From positions 256,001 through 320,000 of the forward strand of contig CAYSCM010000001.1 of the NCBI GenBank assembly GCA_964429815.1: a DNA stretch of 64,000 nt, in the 5' to 3' direction. The position numbers and the translations under genes are program-made. Below, piece by piece: positions 19,082 through 27,257 of this stretch; positions within the stretch are counted from its first letter, which is position 1, and each line of letters starts with the position of its first letter. The stretch is from an uncultured Candidatus Saccharibacteria bacterium (GTDB lineage Bacteria; Patescibacteriota; Minisyncoccia; Phycocordibacterales; CAYSCM01). A model generated the notes under the pieces. That model saw only the letters and a list, made by a program, of their open reading frames with translations. It was not told the DNA's origin and did not search any database.

Positions 19082-19771
19082 ATGACGCACACCGTACATC
19101 CCTACGCACACCGACTTGGAATACTGCGCGACTGGAAAAGCCGTTGGATAACTTCTGATCCCAAGCGCTTCCGGGAATTTGTGAAATGTGATACGACTAT
19201 TCGCGAGTTCCTCACCAAGCGCTTGCGCGGCCTCTATGTCGCCGGCGTCGACATTGAGCGCAACAATAAAGTGCTTCGCGTCATCATAAAGACTTCCCGC
19301 CCCGGCATGCTCATTGGTCGCTCCGGAGAGGGGGCTGTTAAGCTCAAGGCCGAACTGGAAAAGCTCATCGCCAAGCTCGGGCTCTCCGATCCGGTGCAGC
19401 TCAAGCTCGATATCGAAGAGGTTCGCAATCCGGAAGGCAACGCCGCCATCGTAGCCTACATGGTCGCCGAGGGTCTCGAGAAACGCCTCACGTTCCGGCG
19501 CGTTCTTAAGATGACGGTCGAAAAGGTGATGGCAAACCGCGATGTCATCGGGGTGCGCATCGCCATCGCGGGGCGACTCGGCGGGGCCGACATGAGCCGT
19601 GCGGAGGAGATCAAGCGTGGTCGCATTCCGCTCCAGACACTGCGTGCCGACATTGATTTTGCCCGTGAGAAGGCGTACCTTCCCTACGGCGTTATAGGCG
19701 TCAAAGTCTGGATCTATAAGGGCGAAGTATTCGCCGACCGCAAGGGTAGTGCGCCGAAAACCGCTAAATAA
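19082..19771 (+). CDS. rpsC: 30S ribosomal protein S3
   Basis: full-length S3 with KH domain. Confidence 0.95.
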   Translation: MTHTVHPYAHRLGILRDWKSRWITSDPKRFREFVKCDTTIREFLTKRLRGLYVAGVDIERNNKVLRVIIKTSRPGMLIGRSGEGAVKLKAELEKLIAKLGLSDPVQLKLDIEEVRNPEGNAAIVAYMVAEGLEKRLTFRRVLKMTVEKVMANRDVIGVRIAIAGRLGGADMSRAEEIKRGRIPLQTLRADIDFAREKAYLPYGVIGVKVWIYKGEVFADRKGSAPKTAK

Positions 19772-19776
19772 TCACC

Positions 19777-20196
19777 ATGCTCTTTCCGAAAAAAGTAAAG
19801 CATCGCAAGTGGCAGACCGGACGCTGGAACCCCAAGCGCCTTACCCCCGACACGCGCGGCATTACCGTGGCGTTCGGTTCTTTTGGCCTTCGCGCGATGA
19901 CGCATGCTCGTGTCACGAGCAACCAGATCGAGGCCGGTCGCAAAGCGATATCGCGCCAACTGGGGAAGACCGGCAAGAGCTGGATACGAATTTTCCCCGA
20001 TCGACCGTTTACCAAGAAGCCGCCGGAAGTGAAGCTCGGGAAGGGAAAGGGCGACCCGCAGGGGTACGTCTTTGAGGTGCTCCCCGGGCGCATTCTCTTT
20101 GAGATAGACGGTGTTCCCGAGAGCGTGGCTCACGTAGCCCTGCGCAAGGCAGGCGCCAAACTTCCGGTGCGCACGAAGGTCGTTGCCCGAACATAA
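19777..20196 (+). CDS. rplP: 50S ribosomal protein L16
   Basis: MLFPKKVKHRKWQTGR... L16. Confidence 0.95.
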   Translation: MLFPKKVKHRKWQTGRWNPKRLTPDTRGITVAFGSFGLRAMTHARVTSNQIEAGRKAISRQLGKTGKSWIRIFPDRPFTKKPPEVKLGKGKGDPQGYVFEVLPGRILFEIDGVPESVAHVALRKAGAKLPVRTKVVART

Positions 20197-20198
20197 TC

Positions 20199-20387
20199 AT
20201 GGCTACAAACGATTTCAAACATACACCAGAGACGGAACTTCGGAATCTCGCCAACGACAAGCGGGAAGCTCTTCGCGCGTTCCGCTTCGGGGTTGCCGGC
20301 AGCAAGACCCGCAACATCCGCGAGGGGCGCAACCTCAAGCGCGACATTGCCCGCATCGAAACCGAGCTTAACGCTCGAAAGAAATAA
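20199..20387 (+). CDS. rpmC: 50S ribosomal protein L29
   Basis: 62-aa L29-like (ELRNLANDKREALRAFRF). Confidence 0.85.
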   Translation: MATNDFKHTPETELRNLANDKREALRAFRFGVAGSKTRNIREGRNLKRDIARIETELNARKK

Positions 20388-20388
20388 T

Positions 20389-20667
20389 ATGATTGCGAAA
20401 ACCACCACAGCATTCAAACGGAAGTTCCAGGGCGTCGTCGTCTCGGACAAAATGCAGCAGACCGCGGTCGTACTCGTCTCGCGCTACGTGAAGCATCCGA
20501 AATACAAGAAGTATCAGCGCCTCACGAAGCGCTACAAGGCGCACAACCCGGAGAACAAGGCAAAGACCGGCGACTCCGTCGTTATTGAGGAGTGCCGTCC
20601 AATAAGCAAGGATAAGCACTTTCAGATATTGTCCATAACGCCCGCCAATTCCGGGGCAGAAGCCTAA
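20389..20667 (+). CDS. rpsQ: 30S ribosomal protein S17
   Basis: FQGVVVSDKMQQTAVVLVSRYVKHPKYKKY S17; start trimmed. Confidence 0.9.
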   Translation: MIAKTTTAFKRKFQGVVVSDKMQQTAVVLVSRYVKHPKYKKYQRLTKRYKAHNPENKAKTGDSVVIEECRPISKDKHFQILSITPANSGAEA

Positions 20668-20671
20668 TATC

Positions 20672-21043
20672 ATGATCCAGCCCCAGACACTCGTCACCGT
20701 TGCAGACAATTCCGGCGCCAAAATTGCCCGTGTGTTCAAGATTCTTGGAAGCTCCAAGAAGCGCTACGCCGAAATAGGAGACCTCGTTGTCCTCTCGGTC
20801 CAGGTCGCCGAGCCGCGCAAGATGATGAAGAAAAAGGAGGTCGCGACCGCCGTCATCGTGCGCCAGAGGAAGCCTTTTAGGCGCAAGGACGGTTCCTACG
20901 TGCGCTTCGATGAGAACGCGGTCGTCATCATCGATAAAGCAAAAATGGAGCCGAAGGCCGGGCGCGTGTTCGGCCCTATTCCGCGCGAGCTAGGGGAGCG
21001 CGGTTTCCAGAAAATCGTCTCGCTTGCCCCCGAGGTCGTGTAA
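20672..21043 (+). CDS. rplN: 50S ribosomal protein L14
   Basis: MIQPQTLVTVADNSGAKIARVFKILG L14. Confidence 0.95.
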   Translation: MIQPQTLVTVADNSGAKIARVFKILGSSKKRYAEIGDLVVLSVQVAEPRKMMKKKEVATAVIVRQRKPFRRKDGSYVRFDENAVVIIDKAKMEPKAGRVFGPIPRELGERGFQKIVSLAPEVV

Positions 21044-21049
21044 TTCATC

Positions 21050-21352
21050 ATGAAAATCCACAAAGGCGATAGCGTCATAGTGATTTCCGGCAAGGACCGC
21101 GGCAAAACGGGCAAAGTTCTCCGCGCACTCCCATCCGAACACAAGGTCGTGGTCGAAGGCGTTAACTTGCTCAAGAAGCACCAGCGCCCCACGCAAAACA
21201 ACCAGAAGGGCCAAATCGTCGAGAAAACGATGCCCATCCATGTAAGTAACGTGATGCTCGTCGATGGGAAGGGTAAGCGCACGCGCGCCAGCTTCCGTCA
21301 CGTGGGAGAAAAGAAGCAGCGCTTTGCCAAAACGACGGGAAGTGAAATCTAA
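21050..21352 (+). CDS. rplX: 50S ribosomal protein L24
   Basis: MKIHKGDSVIVISGKDRGKTGKVL KOW motif. Confidence 0.9.
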   Translation: MKIHKGDSVIVISGKDRGKTGKVLRALPSEHKVVVEGVNLLKKHQRPTQNNQKGQIVEKTMPIHVSNVMLVDGKGKRTRASFRHVGEKKQRFAKTTGSEI

Positions 21353-21356
21353 TACC

Positions 21357-21878
21357 ATGCTCGAACTCATCAAAAAACAAAACGATGCGCACAAGGCGCT
21401 CTCCTACAAAAACGTAATGCAGACACCAAAGATCGAGAAGGTCATCGTCTCGATCGGCGTTGGCTCTGTGAAGGACAAGAAAAAATTTGACGTCATAACA
21501 GACCGCCTCGCGAAGATCACGGGCCAAAAGGCCGCTCCGCGCGCCGCCAAGAAATCGATTGCAACCTTTAAGCTGCGCCAGGGGGACGTCGTCGGGTTCC
21601 AAATCACGCTCCGAGGCTCGCGCATGAAGAATTTTCTCGAACGCCTTCTCGCGGTGGCGCTTCCACGTACCCGCGACTTCCGTGGGCTTGATCCTAAGGC
21701 TATCGACGAGATGGGTAACCTCACCATCGGCATTAAGGAGCACACTATTTTCCCTGAAACCTCTGACGAGGATCTCAAGGACGTCTTTGGATTTGCCGTG
21801 ACGGTGGTTACTACCGCCAAAAGTCGCGACGAGGCACTGAAGTATCTCACCTACCTCGGATTTCCTTTCAAGAAATAA
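21357..21878 (+). CDS. rplE: 50S ribosomal protein L5
   Basis: L5 core; start trimmed to MLELIKK. Confidence 0.9.
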   Translation: MLELIKKQNDAHKALSYKNVMQTPKIEKVIVSIGVGSVKDKKKFDVITDRLAKITGQKAAPRAAKKSIATFKLRQGDVVGFQITLRGSRMKNFLERLLAVALPRTRDFRGLDPKAIDEMGNLTIGIKEHTIFPETSDEDLKDVFGFAVTVVTTAKSRDEALKYLTYLGFPFKK

Positions 21879-21949
21879 AAAGCCCTAGCTTTCAGAGCAA
21901 TTTGTATTTTTTGGGCTTCAGCTTAGGTCGAGCTTTCGGACCGGAGCAG

Positions 21950-21979
21950 TTGACAATCTCCACTATTATATAGTATAAT
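21950..21979 (+). promoter_or_regulatory. consensus sigma70 promoter (TTGACA-18-TATAAT) driving DGR target gene
   Basis: TTGACA 21950-21955, TATAAT 21974-21979; ~135-nt leader to AAGGAGGT RBS. Confidence 0.6.
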
Positions 21980-22117
21980 TCTTTCCATAACACTAGTTCC
22001 TTGATTTGGTTTTGCCCTGGCAGGAAGAGCTTTCGTTGAGAGAATTTCCTGCTGTGGCAAAGCCCGTTCGGGCCGAGTCTGAACAGCACTGTAAAAACGC
22101 TCAAAGGAGGTAATCTC

Positions 22118-22759
22118 ATGAGCGAACAACAGATCGCCAAGCTCGCCGGCGCATTGGTGGAGCACCAACGGCATTTCGGTGCCATGCCAACCGAGGATCG
22201 CCAGTGGGCGATCCAGAATACTGAAGCGGCCATCGGTCTATTCGCCGTTGCAGTGAAGAACCGCGACAACGGCCAGACACAGAAACCAAGGACGCTCTTG
22301 AAGTTCGTGGCGAGCGTAAGCATCGCCGCGATCGAAGGCTTCAAAGTCTCCGAGAACTTCGAGGAGGGGAAGTTGGGCCCGGTCAGAATCTATTGGCTCG
22401 GCGACGACTTCAAGAAGCACTTCGGCCGCAAGACCGAGAGCGCTTTGGAAGCAGTCGAGCTGAAGGTTCACACTCTGACCAAGGCTTCGCTCGATGCCCC
22501 GATCATCGCGGAACTCGCGGGCAATGCGGAGATCACGATGGGCCAGTTCTTCGCTCTGCTATCGAAGCAGGGCAAGGGCGAGAGCGGGCCGCTCCTTACG
22601 AACGGCTACGCCAACATCGCCTACATCCGCGACGACGAGGGCGTCCTATGGGCGGTGGACGCCCACTGGCACGCCGGCCGCGGGGGCTGGGACGTCTACG
22701 CCGACTCAGTCGCCTACCCGGGCGAGTGGGACCGGGGTCGCCAGGTTCTTTCCCGCTGA
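22118..22759 (+). CDS. DGR variable (target) protein, 212 aa, VR at C-terminus
   Basis: strong AAGGAGGT RBS; C-terminal 36 codons form VR; no signal peptide visible. Confidence 0.8.
   Translation: MSEQQIAKLAGALVEHQRHFGAMPTEDRQWAIQNTEAAIGLFAVAVKNRDNGQTQKPRTLLKFVASVSIAAIEGFKVSENFEEGKLGPVRIYWLGDDFKKHFGRKTESALEAVELKVHTLTKASLDAPIIAELAGNAEITMGQFFALLSKQGKGESGPLLTNGYANIAYIRDDEGVLWAVDAHWHAGRGGWDVYADSVAYPGEWDRGRQVLSR
22649..22756 (+). repeat. DGR variable repeat (VR)
   Basis: 92/108 identical to TR; all 16 substitutions map to TR adenines (11 AAC and 2 GAC codons). Confidence 0.9.
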
Positions 22760-23097
22760 TTCTCGAACCCTTAAGCCCTCGGCCTGAGATCCTTTGACCC
22801 TCTGAAACTTTGCGAAGCAATTTGCGAAGGAGTAGGAGGGTCTTCTATTTTTTATTTTGATATAGTAAGACGTGAGGAGTGCTACTGATGCGGCGGCTAC
22901 GGCTTCCGCACAGCGCCTCGAGTATCTGTATCGCCAGAATCACGTCGGCTAAGGCTTGCGCGAGAGCGCGTGCAGGTACTCTTAAAAAAGATAAAGAATC
23001 GGTGCCTCATGCTGGCGGACTTCAAGGTCCCACATACGATACAGCTCGGAGAGTATTCGATGGGTGGTGTTATTGATGGCTTAAGGCACACAACGGA

Positions 23098-23206
23098 TGG
23101 GCGGTGAACGCCAACTGGAACGCCGACAACGGGGGCTGGAACGTCAACGCCAACTCAGTCGACAACCCGAACGAGTGGAACCGGGGTAACCAGGTTCTTT
23201 CCCGCT
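23098..23206 (+). repeat. DGR template repeat (TR), 11 AAC codons
   Basis: TGGGCGGTGAACGCCAACTGGAACGCCGACAACGGGGGCTGGAACGTCAACGCCAACTCAGTCGACAACCCGAACGAGTGGAACCGGGGTAACCAGGTTCTTTCCCGCT. Confidence 0.9.
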
Positions 23207-23570
23207 ATTCTTTTCTTCCCCCGCCCTTCGGCGGGGTTTTGCTTTCGAGGCCCCTCTTCCATCCCCCAACCATCCGACCCAGTTCGTGCACTTTTTCCGA
23301 GAGAGCAGCATACCTCTTTGTGTCAAGCGCGCGCAGCTCCCATGCGACTCGTAAAAGGAATTTCGCGGTGTCTATTTTTTTGAGTGTGTGAAAAAGTGTC
23401 GGCACTTTTTCACCCGAGCCCTGATAACTTGCGGTGAAGAGAAGTTCCAGCGTGTCTATGAGCGAAAAGTCGATGCGCTCACCGAGTGTATACCGGGCGT
23501 TTTTTGGAAAGTTGTTCCTGCACTCATGCCAGATTTTATATACTGCAACAGCATGTTCAATAACCGGCAA
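23205..23570 (-). CDS. avd: Avd-like accessory variability determinant (four-helix-bundle / 23S rRNA IVS protein family)
   Basis: 121 aa, basic; FPKNARYTLGERIDFSLIDTLE motif resembles FPKxExYxLxxQxxRAxxS of PF05635; stop codon abuts TR end; opposite strand to TR/RT. Confidence 0.6.
   Translation of the reverse strand: MPVIEHAVAVYKIWHECRNNFPKNARYTLGERIDFSLIDTLELLFTASYQGSGEKVPTLFHTLKKIDTAKFLLRVAWELRALDTKRYAALSEKVHELGRMVGGWKRGLESKTPPKGGGRKE
23218..23246 (+). terminator. GC hairpin plus T-run immediately 3' of TR
   Basis: CCCGCC-cttc-GGCGGG then gttttgcttt. Confidence 0.5.
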
Positions 23571-23590
23571 AAGTCGTTGGGGGGGTCGCT

Positions 23591-24592
23591 TTGAGGTCGC
23601 AACTCGCTCATACGTATGACGATATCATCTCGCTAGAAAATCTCCTTGCCGCATGGCAGGAATTCGTGCGCGGGAAGCGCAAAAAATGCGACGTGCAAGA
23701 GTTTCAGTTTCGGCTCGTGGACAATATTCTTGAGCTCTACCGTGACTTGAAAGAGAAAACATACACGCATGGGCCGTACCACCCTTTTAAAATAAGCGAC
23801 CCTAAACCCCGCGACATCCACAAGGCGAGCGTACGCGACCGGCTCCTCCACCACGCAATATATCGGAAACTCTATCCATTCTTCGACAAAATTTTCATTG
23901 CCGATTCGTACTCATGCAGGAAAGGCAAAGGAACACACAAGGCGATGAACCGTTTTCGTTCCTTTGCATACAAGGCGAGCTTAAATCACACAAAAACGCT
24001 TTGGGTGCTCAAGTGCGACATCAAAAAGTTCTTTGCATCAGTCGATCAGCATGTTCTCCTGGAGATTATTAGGCGCTGCATTTCTGACACCGACATCCTC
24101 TGGCTCATCGAGCGAGTCGTGCAGAGTTTCAATCCCAGCAGGGAGGGCACGGGTCTCCCGCTCGGCAATCTCACCTCGCAGCTTTTAGTGAATGTGTATA
24201 TGAACGAGTTTGACCAGTTTGTGAAGCGCACCCTCAAAGCGAAATACTACATCCGTTACGCCGATGATTTTGTGATTTTCTCGCAAGATGCGAAATGGCT
24301 CCAACAAATATGCAAATATATCAGCATATTCTTACGTGAACGGCTGAAACTCGAATTGCACCCTAATAAAGTATCGATCACAACGCTCGCATCCGGTATC
24401 GATTTTCTCGGCTGGGTGAATTTTCCTGATCATCGCGTGCTACGCACCTCGACAAAGCGGCGGATGTTGAAGCGAATGACTGGTGAGCAATCTAAAGAGA
24501 TCATCAAACCGTATTTAGGGCTTCTTCAACATGGGAACAGCAAAAAGCTGCAATTGAAAATCTTGTTTGACACAGCAGAGGCAATCAAGTAA
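23591..24592 (+). CDS. DGR-type reverse transcriptase
   Basis: 333 aa; [20 protein letters not shown] (DGR [ILV]GxxxSQ in place of group II QGxxxSP), [14 protein letters not shown] box. Confidence 0.9.
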   Translation: MRSQLAHTYDDIISLENLLAAWQEFVRGKRKKCDVQEFQFRLVDNILELYRDLKEKTYTHGPYHPFKISDPKPRDIHKASVRDRLLHHAIYRKLYPFFDKIFIADSYSCRKGKGTHKAMNRFRSFAYKASLNHTKTLWVLKCDIKKFFASVDQHVLLEIIRRCISDTDILWLIERVVQSFNPSREGTGLPLGNLTSQLLVNVYMNEFDQFVKRTLKAKYYIRYADDFVIFSQDAKWLQQICKYISIFLRERLKLELHPNKVSITTLASGIDFLGWVNFPDHRVLRTSTKRRMLKRMTGEQSKEIIKPYLGLLQHGNSKKLQLKILFDTAEAIK

Positions 24593-24734
24593 GCTCATCC
24601 CACAAAGCCGAGTAGGGCTTTTCTTTTGGCAAGTGCTAAACCGTCTACGCGGTCGCATACTCCCAGAAGAAAGGGAAGAATACTTCTCTTTTTTCACTCC
24701 ACACGTGGGGGATTGCCAGAAGTTCGTATACCAC

Positions 24735-24920
24735 ATGGCAAAAACCTCAGTCATCGTTCGAAGCAAACGAAAGCCCAAGTTTAAGTCTCGGGTTGTTCGT
24801 CGCTGTTTCAAGTGCGGACGCAAGCGCAGCTACATGCGCGACTTTGACCTGTGCCGCATCTGCTTCCGCGAACTCGCGAACGAAGGCATGATCCCGGGCA
24901 TTAAGAAAAGCTCCTGGTAA
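24735..24920 (+). CDS. rpsN: 30S ribosomal protein S14 type Z (zinc-binding)
   Basis: 61 aa, CFKCGRK...CRIC zinc ribbon. Confidence 0.9.
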   Translation: MAKTSVIVRSKRKPKFKSRVVRRCFKCGRKRSYMRDFDLCRICFRELANEGMIPGIKKSSW

Positions 24921-24925
24921 TTTCC

Positions 24926-25309
24926 ATGTTGATCACTGACCCAGTCGGAGATTTCATAGTGCGCCTCAAGAACGCGACCGACGCGGGACGCTCGTCGACG
25001 ACGGCGCCCTACAGCAAGCTGAGAGCCGCTATCGCGGAGAGTCTCAAGGGCCGCGGCTTCATCAAGAGCTACGACAAACGCGGCAAGAAGGCGAAAAAGG
25101 TCATCGAAATCGAACTCATCCCTGAGAAGATCCAAGGCGTCGCGCGCGTCAGCAAGCCGGGCCGCCGCCTCTACATTCGCGTCAACGAGATCAAGGCCGT
25201 CCGTTCCGGACAAGGAGCACTCGTGCTTTCGACCCCGAAGGGAATTCTCACCGATCGCGAAGCCCGCAAAGAAAACGTCGGCGGCGAAGCGCTCTTCAAA
25301 ATCTGGTAA
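24926..25309 (+). CDS. rpsH: 30S ribosomal protein S8
   Basis: MLITDPVGDFIVRLKNA S8. Confidence 0.95.
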   Translation: MLITDPVGDFIVRLKNATDAGRSSTTAPYSKLRAAIAESLKGRGFIKSYDKRGKKAKKVIEIELIPEKIQGVARVSKPGRRLYIRVNEIKAVRSGQGALVLSTPKGILTDREARKENVGGEALFKIW

Positions 25310-25313
25310 TTCT

Positions 25314-25850
25314 ATGAGCCGCGTCGGAAAACAAATCATCATGGTCCCCGAAAAAACCGAGCTCACCCTCACGGGAGACCTTGTGTCTGTGAAGGGGCCG
25401 CTTGGAGAGCTCTCCCGGGCACTCGATAGCCGCATCAAGGTGGAAGTAAACGGCAACGAAGTAAAAGTTCTTCCCGCAGTCGCCGGTAAAGAGGGAGACG
25501 TCCTCTCGGGAACCTACGTCGCTCATATCAAGAATATGGTCGAGGGCGTCAACAAGCCCTTTGTTAAAAAACTCATCATCGAGGGTATCGGCTACAAGGC
25601 CGACGCGCAGGGCGATACCATCACTTTCGGCCTCGGTTTCTCGCACCCGATCAAGGTGAAGATTCCGACGGGTCTCAAGGTTACGACCGAAAAAGGTGTC
25701 ATCACGATTTCGGGAAGCAACGTCGAGCAGGTCGGGCAGTTCGCCGCGGACCTGCGGGATCTTAAGCGCCCAGAGCCGTACAAGGGGAAGGGTATCCGCT
25801 ACGAGGGCGAGGTCATTCACCGCAAGGAAGGTAAGAAGAACGTCGCATAA
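25314..25850 (+). CDS. rplF: 50S ribosomal protein L6
   Basis: MSRVGKQIIMVPEKTELTL L6. Confidence 0.95.
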   Translation: MSRVGKQIIMVPEKTELTLTGDLVSVKGPLGELSRALDSRIKVEVNGNEVKVLPAVAGKEGDVLSGTYVAHIKNMVEGVNKPFVKKLIIEGIGYKADAQGDTITFGLGFSHPIKVKIPTGLKVTTEKGVITISGSNVEQVGQFAADLRDLKRPEPYKGKGIRYEGEVIHRKEGKKNVA

Positions 25851-25855
25851 CCGCT

Positions 25856-26197
25856 ATGGCTTCCCTCAAAGAACAAAAACGAGAACGCCGCCACAAAAAG
25901 ATCCGCACGCGTGTCGCGGGTACCGAGTCGCGCCCACGCCTAGCTGTCTTCCGCTCCAATAAGTTCCTCTACGCGCAGCTCATTGACGATGAGAAGGGCG
26001 TTACCATAGCAGCCGCAAAAACCTCTGAGGCAAACAAGCCGATGCACGAACGAGCCGCTGCTGCGGGGGAGGAAATCGCCAAGAAGGCCCTGGCAAAAAA
26101 AATCGAGAAGGTAGTGTTCGATCGGGGCGGTTTCAAGTATGCTGGCGCGATCAAGGCATTCGCGGACGCGGCAAGGAAGGGAGGGCTTCATTTTTAG
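25856..26197 (+). CDS. rplR: 50S ribosomal protein L18
   Basis: RPRLAVFRSNKFLYAQLIDDEKG L18. Confidence 0.9.
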   Translation: MASLKEQKRERRHKKIRTRVAGTESRPRLAVFRSNKFLYAQLIDDEKGVTIAAAKTSEANKPMHERAAAAGEEIAKKALAKKIEKVVFDRGGFKYAGAIKAFADAARKGGLHF

Positions 26198-26203
26198 ACG
26201 ACC

Positions 26204-26803
26204 ATGACTGAGGAAACAAAAACAACGGGAGAAAATGTCGCAGTCGTGCAGGCGGCGGCTCCGGCTTCTGTTCCAGGAGGACCGCAGCGCCCCGACATGC
26301 GCGAACGACGCGCCCCACGCGGACGCGGACGCGGTGAAGGCCGCCGCGGGCAGCGCCCGGAGCGTGCTCGAAGCGAATTCGACCAGAAGATAGTCACCAT
26401 TCGGCGCGTGACTCGCGTTATGGCAGGAGGGCGCCGTTTCAATTTCTCCGTCGCGCTCGTCGCGGGGGACCGCAAAGGGCGCGTGGGTGTGGGGCTGGGT
26501 AAAGGTGCCGATACGTCGCTTGCGATCGATAAGGCACTTCGCGCGGCGAAGAAACACATGATACGCGTGCCGCTCACTCCGGAAGGACGCATTCCACATG
26601 AGGTCTCCGCAAAATTTGCAGCGTCCCGCATCATCATGAAGCCAGCTCCGGGGAAGGGCTTGGTCGCAGGAAGCTCCGCTCGCACTGTGCTTGAGCTTGC
26701 TGGTGTCAAAGATATTTCCGCCAAGCTCCTCTCAGGAAGCAAAAATCGCATCAACAACGCCCAGGTTGCGCTTGAGGCGCTTAAAACGCTCAAAGCCCGC
26801 TAA
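26204..26803 (+). CDS. rpsE: 30S ribosomal protein S5 with Arg/Gly-rich N-terminal extension
   Basis: VTRVMAGGRRFNFSVALVAGDRKGRVGVGLGKG S5. Confidence 0.95.
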   Translation: MTEETKTTGENVAVVQAAAPASVPGGPQRPDMRERRAPRGRGRGEGRRGQRPERARSEFDQKIVTIRRVTRVMAGGRRFNFSVALVAGDRKGRVGVGLGKGADTSLAIDKALRAAKKHMIRVPLTPEGRIPHEVSAKFAASRIIMKPAPGKGLVAGSSARTVLELAGVKDISAKLLSGSKNRINNAQVALEALKTLKAR

Positions 26804-26807
26804 TACC

Positions 26808-27254
26808 ATGAATCTCACCACCCTTAAACCAGCGCATCCTCGGCATAAAACGCCTCGCGTCGGCCGCGGCGGCAAACGCGGCAAGACCTCGGGCCGCGGC
26901 GGCAAGGGGCAGACCGCGCGCGCTGGCGCAAAAATACGTCCGGAATTCCGGGACATTATCAAAAAACTTCCGAAGCGTCGCGGCTACGGCCGCAACCGCT
27001 CACGCACTGTCTACACGATGCGTCCGCGGCCTATACCCATCTCGTTCGCCGACGTACTTAACGCTTTCGATGTCGGTGCAGAGGTGAACCGCAAGGCCCT
27101 CCTTGAGAAAGGGCTCATCGAGCGTCGCGGCGGCAAGCTTCCGCAGGTAAAAATCATCGGCACGGGCGAAGGCAAGAAGCTTTCCCTTGTTGGGATCGAG
27201 GTTTCAATGTCAGCACGCGCGGCCATCGAGAAAGCAGGTGGCTCCATCGCCTAG
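26808..27254 (+). CDS. rplO: 50S ribosomal protein L15 (directly after rpsE; no L30 gene)
   Basis: MNLTTLKPAHPRHKTPRVGRGGKRGKTSGRGGKGQ L15. Confidence 0.9.
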   Translation: MNLTTLKPAHPRHKTPRVGRGGKRGKTSGRGGKGQTARAGAKIRPEFRDIIKKLPKRRGYGRNRSRTVYTMRPRPIPISFADVLNAFDVGAEVNRKALLEKGLIERRGGKLPQVKIIGTGEGKKLSLVGIEVSMSARAAIEKAGGSIA

Positions 27255-27257
27255 GCC

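Larger units (their letters stand above)
21950..24592 (+). mobile_element. diversity-generating retroelement (target/VR - TR - avd(antisense) - RT) inserted between rplE and rpsN
   Basis: 108-bp VR/TR pair, 16 differences all at TR adenines; DGR-type RT; Avd-like four-helix-bundle ORF. Confidence 0.85.

Noticed and set aside
23104-23391. 95-aa ORF starting MNANWNADNGGWNVNANSVDNPNEWN
   Set aside because: This is the translation of the DGR template repeat itself. It has no RBS and is disrupted by the antisense avd, so it is not a gene.
23591-24592. Group II intron or retron interpretation of the RT
   Set aside because: No intron RNA domains or maturase/endonuclease domains are present. The RT has the DGR-type SQ motif and sits next to a TR/VR pair with adenine-only changes.
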